A stretch of 64,000 bases of DNA from Squalus acanthias. Its lineage: Eukaryota. The notes beneath the pieces are model-generated. The model ran no database searches. It saw only the letters and a list, made by a program, of their open reading frames with translations, and was not told the DNA's origin. Where the stretch lies: positions 56,856,001 through 56,920,000 of the forward strand of contig CM059432.1 of the NCBI GenBank assembly GCA_030390025.1, given 5' to 3'. This document shows positions 1 to 12,999 of this stretch, one piece after another (the first letter of the stretch is position 1; the number at the start of each line of letters is the position of its first letter). The position numbers were made by a program, and so were the translations under genes.

Positions 1-127
1 ATCTAAGATACTGGAGCTCAAATAATCTAAAGGTAGAATGGTAGAAAAGATCCAAAAGTGTCAGATTCAATCTTCGTTGTGGTCTTATTAAATGAGTACA
101 ATCTTATAAATTATGTTTAAAAAACCA

Positions 128-1030
128 GATGACTCAAAACTTGGAAGTATAGTGACCAGTGAGGAGGATAGTGATAGACTTCAGGAAGACATAGACAGGC
201 TAGTGAAATGGGCAGACACGTGGCAGATGAAATTTAACGCAGAAAAGAGTGAAGTGATGCATTTTGGTAGAAAGAATGAGGAGAGGACATATAACCTAAA
301 TGGTACAATCCTAAAGGGGGTGCACGAACAGAGAGACCTGGGGGTATGTGTGCATAAATCGTTGAAGGTAGCAAGGCAGGTTGAGAAAGCAGTTAAAAAG
401 GCTGACGGGATCCTGGGCTTCATAAATAGAGGTATAAAGTACAAAAGTGTGGAAATTATGATGAACCTGTATAAAACACTGGTTCAGCCCCAACTGGAGT
501 ACTGTGTCCAATTCTGGGCACCACACTTTAGGAACGATGTGAAGGCCTTAGAGAGTGTGCGGGAAAGATTTATGAGAATGATTCCAGGAATGAGGGACTT
601 CAGTTACGTTGATAAACTGGAGAAGCTGCGGTTGTTTTCCTTGGAGCAGAGAAGATTGAGAGGAGATTTGATAGAGGCGTTCAAAATCATGAGGGGTCTG
701 GACAGGGTAGATAGAGGGAAACTGTTCCCATTGACGGAAGGGTCGAGAACCAGAGGACACAGATTTAAGGTGATTGGCAAAAGAACCAAAGGCGACACAA
801 GAAAAAACTTTTTTACACCGCGAGTGGTTAAGATCTGGAATGCACTGCCTGAAAGGGTGGTGAAGGCAGATTCAATCTTATCTTTCAAAAAGGTGTTGGA
901 TAAGTATCTGGAGGAAATAAAAATGCAGGGCTACAGGGAAAGGCCAGGGGAGTGGGACTAGCTGAGAGTCGGCACGGGCTCGACGGGCCGAATGGCCTTC
1001 TTCCGTGCTGTGTAACCATTCTATGTTATA
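128..1030 (+). mobile_element. CR1 LINE, 5'-truncated (RT C-terminus and 3' tail)
   Basis: ORF 113-961 has DD..KLG, WQMKFN, QRDLGV, LEYCVQFWAP and RRLRGDLIE CR1 motifs; gggccgaatggcc hairpin and ctatg tail. Confidence 0.93.
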
Positions 1031-2186
1031 GAATCATAGAATCCATGATTCTATCACGTTTCTTTGGATTTTTAACATTGGTGTTATTACCTTTGTTACT
1101 GATGGATGGAAAAATGAAGTTTGCAATTGTGAAATTTATATACTTATACGTTGTGATACTTGTATAATGATTCCAGCTGAGGCGTGAGCATAACTCATCT
1201 TTGATTAAGTAATAATAAATGGATAATGACTTTTTTTGTTGTGCTAAGTACATTGCTCATGATTCTGTTGGACCTTTACGCTGCTTGACCCACACATCCC
1301 TACAATAAGATGATGTAGTCTGGGAAGGCAAATATGTAAGATTAGATTAAATATAATATTACTGCTTAACGCTATTTTTATCGAATTTTTTTGCTTTTTA
1401 TAAACATATGTATATTCTCAAGAATTATCGCAACTTTAACTATGGGTTCAAAACAATGTAATTTTTCATTATTCCATGCTCCAGATTTTTAAAGTAACAC
1501 ATCACTTACAAATTATCTTCACCAGCACAAGCGCAGGTAAATTTCAGTGTAGGTTAGTATGAATGATTCTTTTCATAGGTGTTGATTATAGTTAATTAGA
1601 TCTAAGTAGAACAGTAGAGCTAAAAATAGCATCAGGCGAGAGAAATGAAAATGCATATGTAAATACTGAAGCAATTTTCTACTGAGATTTTCATAAAATG
1701 GCATGCACTGAAAACTAGGGATGACCTGTGATTGAATCTCTTCTCAGAATTCTGGTTATATACTCTGGTATTAAAGAGAGGAATAAAATTGAAGACCACA
1801 GTGTTAAAGGAGCAATTGCTTTGGAAAGGCATTAAAAGTTTGAGGAAATGGCAAGCTGATTTTTCTGTGAAATCAAATATAACTTAATAGAATGTCACAG
1901 ACACAAATTGATTCAACATTTAAATTATCAGAAAAATTAGTAATCATTAACATAAAAGCACACCAAACTCTACTTTGTAGTTCTTTTATAATAGTGCGAC
2001 ATGCTCAGGGATGTTTTTCAGAGTGTCATTTTCCACAGGATCACTGAAATTCCATAATACTGCAGTGTTCAGCAAATCGCCACAATTTTCTATGAAGTCT
2101 TAGCAACCTTAAAAAGTCGCTTTTGTTGTTTAAAGACAGCACCTGAAGATTTTGTTAAATGAAGGTGGCAGAGTACTTTCAATATA

Positions 2187-2754
2187 CAGGAAACTCTTGT
2201 TTAACGGGCACCTAAATATCCGGAATTCTCTCTTAACCGGCAAAAATCATACTCCGAAAACTCCCCTCAAATAACCGGCAATGTTGCCGAGTCCGAGTCC
2301 GAGTCTCCCGCGAACGCCGAGTACTCCGAACACTCCTCTCAAATAACCGGCAATGTTGCCAAGTCAGAGTCCGAGTCTCCCGCGAACGCCGAGTTAGTCA
2401 GTGGGGGTAGTTCTCCAAAGTGCCACTACTCAGCCTCCTGGCGCTGTCGGAAGTCCGAACACTGCAGTAACAGGAGTCAGATTCTCCCGCGCTGCCGGGA
2501 GTCTCACTTACTGTTAAGTAATTAAAGAGTTATGGATTATCCTCAACTGGCAGTACTGTACTTAATCAAGCATCTTCCACCAACCATTTAACACAACATT
2601 CTGTAGGTGAGTAACCAAATACTGTATACTGCACATTTCTTGATTTTTTTATGTTAAAAATAGCCTCGGTAGATATAACTCTCCGTTATCCGGAACTTTC
2701 GATCAACCGGCACCACGCCGGTCCCGTCGGTGCCGGATACCAAAGAGTTTCCTG
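2187..2754. mobile_element. Tc1/mariner-pogo (Tigger-like) MITE
   Basis: TIRs CAGGAAACTCTT / AAGAGTTTCCTG; TA on both flanks (2185-2186, 2755-2756); internal 72-bp tandem duplication. Confidence 0.85.
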
Positions 2755-3156
2755 TAATCTATTTATCTTTACACCTAATTATTGTAGAAATACACATTTA
2801 AAAAAAGATGTGGGGTAGAATTTTCTGTAGCAGCGTAATCGGGAAATTACGCCTGAATTTATGTCCATTTGTGCGGCAATTTTGCCGATTGTCAATTTAC
2901 ATCAGAATTTTCTGTGCCTCTAATTAGACTATACCGGAGCATCAAAAAACAACGCAACGGGAAACTGCCCTCTGCTTCCATGATATATTGAATGGTTCCA
3001 GCGTTGTTCTGACTGTCAAATCTCTCTACAGCACATTGTCACATTAGTTACTCACCACTATTAATTGTCCTAATAATACTCTTCATAGACTAGGCTGTAA
3101 AGAGAACAGACAGAATGTTTTGCATGCTCTTCATAACATACGTATATAAAAAGATC

Positions 3157-3886
3157 GGCCCGTATTTTCCGATGCCTACGGGTGTGTACAGGCTGTGTAC
3201 ACACCCGTAGGGACATCGGAAATGCCGGTTTCAGGCATGCGAAGCGCATGCGCTGAAAACCGGCATTTCCGATCTGTCAAGAATTCTCTTGACAGATCGG
3301 ACGCCTGCCCTGGAGAAGGGCCTCTGCGGGCGGTGAGTTCCGTTTTCTGCAGAACCTCCGTCGGCTAAAAACCCATAGAAATCTTACGCCTGGTAAAATC
3401 AGGCGTAAGGCCTCCTTTTACCAACATAAGAGTCGAATTGTAATTTTAAAATACTTTTTAAAAAGGTAAGTTTATTTTTAGCCCCGTAAAAAAGTTTAAT
3501 TATTTTTTTCAAAAAATTTAATTTTTGTTTAAAATATTTAATTTAATGTAATTTTAACTCATTTTAAAAACGTGATGGTTTTTAAAAAATTGATTTAATG
3601 TTTTAGTGTCTTTTTGGGGTGATCTCCATTCATACTTTTGACGGGTCTATCTGTCAAAAGTATGGAGGGGGATTCCCTTCTTTCATTGGCTGGCCTGGCC
3701 CACATGATCCCAGGGACGCTTGCAAACTGCATGCGCCCCTGGGATACGTGGGCCTGCGCATTTTGACTGTAGAGAGGCTCAGCATCGGAAGTGTCTGGAC
3801 CTCGGGAACCCTCAAGTAAGAGCATAGATTTTTTTCCGATAGGAGGCATCCGCACGCAGGGAGCTTCCTGTCGGAAATTACGGGCC
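3157..3886 (+). mobile_element. PIF/Harbinger-like MITE, family A
   Basis: TIR GGCCCGTATTTTCCGA / TCGGAAATTACGGGCC; flanks ATC/ATT; full-length homology to 53600-54372. Confidence 0.85.
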
Positions 3887-4061
3887 ATTATTTTTTTTGA
3901 CCCTGACATCACTTGTTACACACAACAGCATGAAAGGATAGTTTCACAGCTCTCCCAAAAAAGCAGTCAACCAGCTTGCTCTCATCATTTTAACAACCAA
4001 TTAAAAGGTCTTTTAATTTCAACATCACAAAACTTCTTTTAATCGAAAGTTATGTATTCAG

Positions 4062-4223
4062 GGACTTTTATTGATACTACTTTGGAGCTACACTTCAGAC
4101 CCTTCTATGATTCGTACCTTACTTGGGTCAAATGGATTAATTTTGAGGACACTGATAGAGAGACTTCTTTACTTATTTGTTGATCAATGTAATGATTGCA
4201 CGCCAGTCACAACAAAAATGAAG
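4062..4223 (+). CDS. Candidate internal coding exon of an unidentified host gene (GLLLILLWSYTSDPSMIRTLLGSNGLILRTLIERLLYLFVDQCNDCTPVTTKMK)
   Basis: ttcag acceptor, AAG|gtactt donor, 162 nt open in phase 0/0, unique sequence; protein not recognised. Confidence 0.4.
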
Positions 4224-4853
4224 GTACTTTCCAGCCTTTCATTATGAAAAATACTCTGTGATTTATTGATAGATCTACATTTTACAGCTTGATCAATGAG
4301 CACACAGAAGTGAAAGTTCAAAGAAAGCTTGTGTGCCTGAAATTTTGGGTGCAAGTTTACACCCATTCTGAACATGCTTAAATGAAGGAAATTTGTGTTG
4401 TATACTTTTTTTGTATGGGGGTAGAGCGATGCTAATGAGCAGCGGAGGGTTTGATCAAAGGTTTTGAAGAAGCAGTGCAAAAGATCGAGGATATTGGGAC
4501 CTAGAGTAAGAATGGACGCAAGTCACTTGCCGGAATTTCCTCGATCTTTTGTGCCAGAAATCAGCATTGCACTCCCATTATGCTGTTTTTTGGGGGCAAA
4601 TTGCAAGGAAAATCTGGGCCTATGTGTTTCAAAATATTTGCATTCTTTAATCTGCTTTCCTTCTTGTAGAATTTTGCTATACCCTCTTTACACGTAGCAA
4701 TTATTCTATAGTTGATGACGAGGCGACTCAGTGAATGGCTCTATTTGAAATTCTGCTGATTGCGATTCCAGCTGTTATGGAAGGTATTGATCGAGCAAAT
4801 CTTAATACTTGCTCAATACCGCAGGTTAGAATCATGGCAACACTCATACCAGG

Positions 4854-6290
4854 TACGAACATGTGAATTTAACGGCCAGGGAAAAGACCAGCCGGTCCAT
4901 CAAGCCTGCCCCACACCTCATGATGGCTGGAGTATCATGACTAAACAATTCCCCTCCCTGCACCCCCATCCCCCCTCCACCTGACTCCCAGCCATGTATT
5001 CTCCTGGAAAAGGCAAAAAAGCAGAGAAAAACCCTGGGGAAATAAGGGATAAAATGCTCTGGAAGATTCCTCTCCGACCCCCTCAGGCAATCAAAACCAG
5101 TCCATGAGATCACATGGACCAAGTGTTATGTATAAAGACACTGACAGTCTGTGTGATGCGATCTCCGTTCCAGTCAAGAACCGGTCCAGATCCCTCTTGA
5201 AAGTCTGCAGAGTTGGCACCCACCACACCAGCCGACAACGTATTCTAGAGGCTCACTACTCTCTTGGAAAAGAATCATCACCTAACATCCAGTCTATTCC
5301 TACTCTTGCATAATCTAAACTCATGTCCCTTGGTGCTTCCCAATCTGTTAAACTAGAATAATCCATCAATAGGCATGCTATTCAGGCCTTTAATTATTTT
5401 ATAGACCTCAATCAGGCCGCCTCTAAGTCTACGCTGCTTTAAAATAAATAGACCAAGCTCCTTAAGCCTATTTAAGTAGCTAAAGTTCTTTAAGCTAGTA
5501 ATCATTCTTGTAGCTCTCCTTTGGACCACTATATCACCCACCGTATGGGGGGAGCTAAAGTGCTCCAGATGCGATCTGATCAGTGACCTGTATAATGATG
5601 AAATGATGTCCTTTGATTTATACTGAATAGTTCTATTAATACAATACCCCATTAGCTTTAGCTGCAGCTACTCTGCATTGGTCATGAACCTTCAGCAACC
5701 TGTGCACAGAAACACCTAGATCTTTTTCTCTCTCAACCTATTTCATTATTGTTCCCTGCAAATGATACATGTAGTCTGTGTTGGCCCCACCAACATGCAT
5801 GACACTACATCCATGTTATTTTCCATTGTGTACCCATTCCTCTAGCGCATCTAAATGTTGTTGCATTTGATTGCACTCCTCTACTGTCTTAACCCTTGCA
5901 CAGATTTTCGTGTCATCTGTAAACTTACTGACCATACTCCCAACACCGCTTTCCAGGTCATTAAAGACAGTGAACAGTAGCAGGCCTAGGACTGATCCCT
6001 GGGAGACACCACTAGTAACGTGCCTCAAGGCTGAACCACACGCGTTAACTACAACTTTTTGCCTACGGGATTGGAGCCTATACCTAATCCAACACATCAA
6101 ATTTCTACTGATACCACAAGATTCTATCTTGTGAAGTAACCTAGTGTGAGGTACCTTATCAAAGGCCTTCTGAAAGTAGTTATACGATGTCTACTGGCTT
6201 TCCCTCATCTACTACCCTAGTGACTTCTTCAAAAAAAAAACTATCAAATTTGTACGTCACAACCTATTTTTCCAGAAGCCATGTTGTGTG
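4854..6290 (-). mobile_element. Degenerate CR1 LINE (RT to 3' end)
   Basis: Minus-strand ORF pieces SGVSQGSVLG, SKFTDDTK, QRRLRGGLIEVYKI. Confidence 0.88.
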
Positions 6291-7660
6291 TGTTTTGTTG
6301 AATTACATTTTAATATGTACAGTATTTTTGAATTTCCCAGAAGTCCCCTAAAATCTGTGCAAAACAATTCTATGAGATTCATTGACTCACCGACTTTGTG
6401 TAACTTCAGATACTCCATGGGAAAATTGCTGACAGTGAGAAATGGACAGCATATGATATGTTTCAAAAAGGTAAAGTGTAGAGCAAATACTTTCAGTATA
6501 AAGTAGGTATTATAAAGATATAATTTTTTTAAAAGTCCAACCTGGTAGTAATGGTGGGTACTGAATTTTGGTGAATCAGACATCTTCCATGCTGGCTCGA
6601 GTGGTGATCTGCAGAATTTCCAATAGAGCCATTTGCTTACTGGTCTTGTTGCCGACTTTAAAAGATTGGCTTCCTGTAGGGAGGGAATAGCAAAAATGGC
6701 TTGTCTCCACAGGAGGAGAAGCAGATAAAAACTGCATTTTTGTTTTATATATATGTGATCTTTTTAAATTTGTCTTTCTACAGTACGTGTATGGGTGAGA
6801 GGGATGTAAATTATATTGAAATTACATTCTGATCTTTTAAGAGAGACTTTCTGAAGTGTTTTAAAAAATAAAATAGACTTTGAGATTACTATGACTTTTC
6901 AAGGTCATAGAAAACAGCAGCAATTTGCTCAAAATTGCATTAATGGTTTAACATGTGAAAACACCTGCACATCTTGCTGTTATAATGAGGTGCCAGTATC
7001 TAAGGAAAGAATGAGTGGAAGCTTTTAAATAAAATGACCAGCTTTAAGTTTTCAAAAGGACAAAAGAAAGCACAGGTATTTCACATTTTGTCCTTCAGTC
7101 AGATCTGCAATTTTGATAAATATCAATCATGTTGGTATAATAGTCTTTTAACCCAGTATCCTATATTAATCATGCTTTGAACAGATGATGTTTCTCATCA
7201 ATAGCTTAAAATACTGAAATATCAAAGAGGCATAGTTGCTGTTGCAACCTTTATTTGTATAATGGTAGTTGGAATTAAAATAGGGAAAATGTTTAAAATA
7301 AAAGCAGACTTTTAATAATTGATGAGAAACATAATCACAGTTGCCTTCAGGCTGGCAGAGCAATGTTTTGTCAACACATAAATTGTTAATATTTTGAATT
7401 ACCATACATAATGTACACAGATGCTATTTAGGGATAACGAATTCTTCAGATTTAACTTTTTAATTTAAAGAAGTGGGAAAACACATGGGGCACACGTAAA
7501 AATATAAAATCTATGGTTTTCTGTAAGATGATATTTATGTGGACTAACAAATTTTGCAGCACCCTGGAATATTAAATCTATTATGGAATGACACTCGAGC
7601 ACTATATATTTTGATTATAGGCAGTTTACGTGGATTTACAGGTTTTCATTTCAAATATTA

Positions 7661-8080
7661 GGGTGTTAGCCTCTGCTCAGTAGTAACACTTTTGCATCTA
7701 AGTCAGAAGTTGTGGGTTCGAGCCCCACTCCAGAGATTTGAGCACATAATCTAGGCTGACAGTTTAATGCAGTGCTGAGACCTGCTGCATTGTCGGAGGT
7801 GCTGTTTTCCTGAGAATATGTCAAATTGATGCGTCGTCTGCCTGCTCAGGTGGATCTAAGATATCCCATTGCACTATTGAAAGATGAGCTGGGGAATTCT
7901 CCTGGTGTCCTGGTCAGTATTTGTTGATCAGTCAACGCCACTAAAAACAGATTATCCAGTCATTTTATCTCATGCTATTGCTGTGTGCAAATTGGCTGCC
8001 CCGTTTGCCGACATTACTTCATTTCAAACATACTTCATTGGCTGGGAAGCGCAATGGGATGCCCCGAGGATGTGAAAGAC
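7661..8080 (+). mobile_element. tRNA-derived Deu-domain SINE (SacSINE1-like)
   Basis: A/B boxes (gctcagtagt; gggttcgagccc), Deu-like core ctgcattgtcggaggtgc...ctcaggtggat, L2-like tail. Confidence 0.8.
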
Positions 8081-8947
8081 ATTTCTTTTCCTTTCCTTTC
8101 CTTTCCTTTCCTTTATCACCTAGAAAGTGTATCAGAACTCTCTCATTGAACAAGGGCTCACAAAGAAGTATTTATTTCTGTATGATTATTGCTATGTAAT
8201 GCACCATATTGCTTGCATAATTGTATCTCAGTGGAGAATAGTGCTTTTCATCCTGGCTCGACATACATTGTAGTGCACGTTCCTCTGCATAAAGTTGAAG
8301 ATTGATTTTGCTAAACCTGTAAATTTGCTGCACAAAGGAAAATCTAACCCATTCTTTACAAACTGAAGCAGTCTTGCAGGCATATTGCATTGTTGTGAAT
8401 TTGAATGGAACAGATCATACGAAAGCTTGGAACAAGAAAAGGCTACTCGGCTCATTTAAGGTCCATTCCTTCCATGGAGTTGTCTTGAAGAATATCTTTT
8501 ACCACATATGGTAGAATTTTCTGATAATTTTGGCTGTGGTAACTGTTCCTGCCCAGAGATATTGTCTTGTTCTCTCCTTATTGTGGTGTGACAAGAACCT
8601 CACACCTCCTGTGACCAAGAGAGTAATGGCAGGCAACCTTGTTCCAAGATTTTCAATAATGTACCAGAAAGCATGCAGCAAATTTCCATCACCAATGGGA
8701 GGCAAAGAGCATTGTGGATGAAATCAGAAACTCGTGGTATCTAGTGGACCTGTGTCTCCCAGTAAAATCGTGCCAAACGTTGTATGTGCTACCAGTCATT
8801 GTGATATTAAACAAAGATTTGAACTTTTAACTCTGATTTTAAATGGGATATTATCCTGGAACTTAAATGCTGAAAATACGCTGTTGGAAATAGATATATA
8901 TTTCTATTAAATCTGAATAATTATTGCTTATCTTTTTAGTATCTAAG

Positions 8948-9066
8948 GTTCCAAATGCAGAGAACACCAGCTTTATTTTTGCTATACTGGGAAAATGGAA
9001 TATACTGCAGCCTGTGCAAGTCTTCGAGAATTTGTTGTGCATATTTCGAAGGGAGCCCAGAAATAT
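8948..9066 (+). CDS. Candidate coding exon (VPNAENTSFIFAILGKWNILQPVQVFENLLCIFRREPRN)
   Basis: Pyrimidine tract with AG at 8938 and 8946, gtatgc donor at 9067; phase 0 in / 2 out fits both neighbouring candidates; other frames are also open. Confidence 0.35.
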
Positions 9067-10454
9067 GTATGCGTAACTACGACATCTTAAAATTAGAGAG
9101 TCCTTTCATAAATTAAAAGGTAATTTAATTAAGGTTGTATGAGATGATGTAATGCCATTCTGTATAGGTTTCATTGTTTTAAGCAGCTAGTGCCGAACTG
9201 GAATATTTGTATTGTTTGAATTTTGTCACCAACATCAATCATCATGAACAGTTTTTTTTTTGTGTGCTGCTTCCCCCAACAGATATACTCATTCTGTTAG
9301 AGATGGTGAGGGCCTGATCATATTTTGGAAGGGGAAAGGGGTGGCACATTAAGTTTGATTGTCTTCATCAAATATTGCAGCAACATATCACTTTCTTCAG
9401 ACATGACTGGGTAAATGGGCAGCTGTGATCATCTCATCTTCAAAAGATAAGAAGATACAGGGGGCCAGGTCAAAGATTTATGTTCTATCTATCTTTGAAC
9501 ATTACTTTGAAACTGCAATGACTTACTAGTACTTCAGATTTAATTAATGTCTTCCATTTATCTTTCAAAGATTGGATGCTGTGATCTGATGTTTGATGTT
9601 ATGTTACCTGAGAGAAATAATCAAATTTCATGAATACACCTCGCACTCAATAAATGATGTACCCATGTTACGTTCAGAAACAGTGTCATTTGATCTTTCC
9701 AGTGATAGCAACTTATAAGCAGAATCTCTTCCTATTTGTATGTATAGATATTCAGCCTTCCTTTCTGGGATTTTGATTGGTTGATTTAAAATCTTCCTCT
9801 GAGCTCCAAAATGGATGGTGGAGTTTGGAGGAAGAAAGTAAGTAAAACATTTTTTTACTGGAAATAAATGTTTAAAAATACAGGATAGATTCCATTTGAT
9901 AGAAGAAAAGTAAAATGAAAAAAATAGGTGTAGGACGGAGAGAAAACAGATGAAAAATAAGGATGATGTGCTGAACAGCATTACTGTTTTCAACTGTCAG
10001 AGCTGAATTATGCTGCTGGCTGCACCTCATGTTGCTCAGCAGAAAAGGAGCTTTCACAGTGCAGCACTCACTGGGCAAACAATTTAAATATTCAAAGACT
10101 GTGAACGTGAGTGTGACCTCTTTTGGAACATGAGAATAGGTCCCACACTAAGTTAAAAAAATTCTCAGGAGATCCATTGGACCACCTGGGTACTTTTAAA
10201 ATAGCTTCATATCGAGCTGGAGTTATACTATACCTGATTTAAAAAGCCAAGGAAGCACTGAGACCACTTGCCACAGCTGGTCTTGTATTTCTTGGCTTAA
10301 GTGCATTAGAAATCAGATTAGGACCTTTCTTTCTAGTTACACGGTCATTCTTGCATCAATGAAAAAACAAAACACTTCATGTCAAAGGAGAAGTGGTCAT
10401 ACAGTGGTTAATGTTCAAAAGGATGTTTTTACAGTGAGATTCCCAAATGTTAGA

Positions 10455-10780
10455 AAGTAAGATCTTGCACTTGTATAGCATCTTTTCCATCCTCAGGAAT
10501 TGGCAGTGTTTTACAGCCAATGAATTACTATTGCAGTGTAGTCACTGTAAGTTAACTGTGAAACCAGTTTACACACAGCAATGAGATAAATCACCAATTA
10601 ATCTGATTTTACGGTATTGGCTGAGGAATAAATGTTGGGCAGGACACCAAGAGAACTCACTGTGCCTCTTCGAATAGTACATGGTGCCTTTTACATTCAT
10701 CTAACTAGGCAGACGAAGCTTCGGTTTAATATCTCATCCAAAATACACCACCTTCGACAATGCAGCAATCCCTCAGTACA
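10455..10780 (-). mobile_element. Deu-domain SINE fragment
   Basis: Reverse-complement similarity to 7770-8080 (gacaatgcagcaatccctcagtac; tail cttgcacttgtatagc). Confidence 0.7.
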
Positions 10781-10788
10781 AACACATA

Positions 10789-11494
10789 GGCCCGGATTTT
10801 GCTGTAATAATAACGGTGAGGCTATCAGCCCTCATGATTATTATGAGGTAAATAAGACAGCAACTTCTGACGCCCACATATGCGCACTTAAACGCGGAAA
10901 TCCTGAGGTTTCTGTCAGAGATACACCGGTCCTCTGCAGGGTGCGCTGTTGCAATCCTTGCCGATAGACTCGGCACTGAAATGACTGCAATGGCATGAAA
11001 ATACTGTCTTGCCCACTAGTTCCGCACTAAAAATGGCTGCAAAAGTTAGAACTGGTGCCTTCAGAAGTAATGCCATGATGATTAGTGCTGAACAACCTCT
11101 CTGGCCCTAAAAAAAATTAATTTTACAAGTGTGGAGTCTTAGTCCCTCAGAAGAAAATTAGTGTTGGAGATTTAAAAATAAATATTTTTTAACTTTTTCT
11201 GTCTGTCTCTTTTATCTCTTTCCCTTAATATCATCTGTATATCCCAATCTTTATTTCGCTTTCTGTACATCATTTAAATCTAATTTATATTTCCTGCTTT
11301 AAACATCCTGGTTCGGACTCTGCGTATCTCAGTGAGGATTCTTTAGTCTGATTGGTTGAAGAGCCTCGCTGTTTTTTGACCTGCTCACAGATCCCCTGTA
11401 GAGAGTGCTGCACTCTAAAGCCAGTCAAATCTTTGTGGGCAGCGAGGTGATCGGCAAGTGCTGTTCCTTCGCTGCTGACCGCAAAATCTGGGTC
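10789..11494 (+). mobile_element. PIF/Harbinger-like MITE, family B
   Basis: TIR GGCCCGGATTTTGC / GCAAAATCTGGGTC; internal homology to 28016-28731. Confidence 0.8.
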
Positions 11495-11904
11495 AGTGAC
11501 AGCACAAAACCCACAATTGATTGTATAGCATAAACCTCCTTTGCCCTACATAAATATTGTTACTTTCCGGGCCCTTTCACTTAGAATTATCTTAATGTCT
11601 CCATATTTCCTTCTTGGTTCACTTTTTTTCACAGTCAATGGCCCGGATTTTGCGACTATGCATGAGTGTACAGCTTAGGAGGTCACAGAGGAAAGGTGTA
11701 ACAAAGCATTGGAGGTATTTGAAAGTAAGAATGGGGGAGCACTGGAACTTTGCGTTACAAATTCAAGCTTTGTCATGTGAAATAGGGTTCTTTCACTTAA
11801 GAGAACTATCTTCATGTTCACAGTGAATTGCACTTTTCCTAAGTAGACCCATGTCCCCCATGATCCAAAACTTGCAGTCTTAGGCATGTTGCAAACAAGA
11901 ATAA

Positions 11905-12225
11905 AAATAGAATCATAGAATCTTGCAGTACAGGACGAGGTCATTTTGCCCATCATGCCTGTGCCAGCTCTTTGAAAGAGCTATCCAATTAGTCCCACTA
12001 CCCTGCTCTTTCCCCATGCCCTGCAATTTTCTCCCCTTCACCTATTTATCCAATTCCCTTTTGAAAGTTTCTATTGAATCGGCTTCCACCACCTTTTCAG
12101 GTAGTGCATTCCAGATCATAACTCAATACGTAACTTTTGTTGCTCCTCATTTCACCTCTGGCTCTTTTGCTAATTACCTTAAATCTGTGTACTCTGGTTA
12201 CTGACTCTTCTGCCAGTGGAAACAG
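11905..12225 (-). mobile_element. CR1 3' end fragment
   Basis: atagaatcatagaatc tail; antisense WNALPEKVVEADSI. Confidence 0.8.
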
Positions 12226-12781
12226 TTGCTCCTTATATTTTCGAACTAAAGCTTACCCTTTCACAGAGATACTTTGCACCAGACATTGCACGGGTTGCCC
12301 ACCATGCACTTGTCTTCTCTCCTACAACTGGAAAAACACCACACTGTTGGACTATTCAGGCTAAAACTACAGGACAAATTCATGTTGAAGTCATTTACAC
12401 AGAAGAATAAAAATTAGGTTTACAAAGAAGCCAACAAAATCAGAGGGAAATTAGTAGCACTAATGCTGATTTAAAAACAACCAAGATTTGGATCAGTCCA
12501 CAAGAACTTAAAAGTATTTTCTCCAGAACATGTTTCAAGTATAGTCCAATAAACTGAAAATGTGTTTGTATGTGGGTGTGGCAAATGTTCCTACTATCCC
12601 CACAGAGTCCAGTATTGCCTGAGGGATAGGGAGTTGGATCTGACTCAACCAACCGTTGTTTGTTCTGGATTGAGTTAACCTTTCTAAGGGCTATGATGTG
12701 GAGATGCCGGTGTTGGACTGGGGTGGACAAATGTGAGAAGTCGCACAACACCAGGTTATAGTCCAACAGCTTTATTTGAAA

Positions 12782-12818
12782 TCACAAGCTTTCGGAGCGC
12801 TGCTCCTTCGTCAGGTGA
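12782..12818 (-). ncRNA. Minimal type I hammerhead ribozyme motif
   Basis: Exact reverse complement of 12821-12857. Confidence 0.8.
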
Positions 12819-12820
12819 AG

Positions 12821-12857
12821 TCACCTGACGAAGGAGCAGCGCTCCGAAAGCTTGTGA
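12821..12857 (+). ncRNA. Minimal type I hammerhead ribozyme motif
   Basis: TCAC-CTGACGA-A-GGAGC(AGC)GCTCC-GAAA-GC-TT-GTGA: stem I, core, stem II, palindromic stem III AAGCTT. Confidence 0.82.
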
Positions 12858-12999
12858 TTTCAAATAAAGCTGTTGGACTATAACCAGCTGTTGGACTATA
12901 ACCTGGTGTTGTGCGACTTCTCACATTTCTAAGGGCTGAAAGAGGAGTTCAGTACCAAAGTAGGGAATGCAATGTTACAAGCATTGCCTAGTTTGAGTT

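Larger units (their letters stand above)
12693..12925. mobile_element. Non-coding head-to-head Penelope-type (pLTR) palindromic insertion
   Basis: 90-bp arms (12729-12818 vs 12821-12928, the latter with an 18-bp duplication), 2-nt loop, 12-bp TSD TTTCTAAGGGCT, hammerhead motif in each arm. Confidence 0.82.

Noticed and set aside
2251..2394. CRISPR-like array
   Set aside because: Only two adjacent units, no spacers, inside a eukaryotic MITE
6784..9305. Micro-exon candidates (6784-6794; 9283-9305)
   Set aside because: Splice-like signals only; phases do not fit the candidate chain and chance occurrence is likely
12261..12410. Protein-like short frame RYFAPDIARV...
   Set aside because: Short, unrecognised, next to a CR1 fragment; insufficient support
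12729..12928. Pre-miRNA or DNA-transposon MITE
   Set aside because: 12-bp TSD, unequal ends and hammerhead cores fit a Penelope-type origin better
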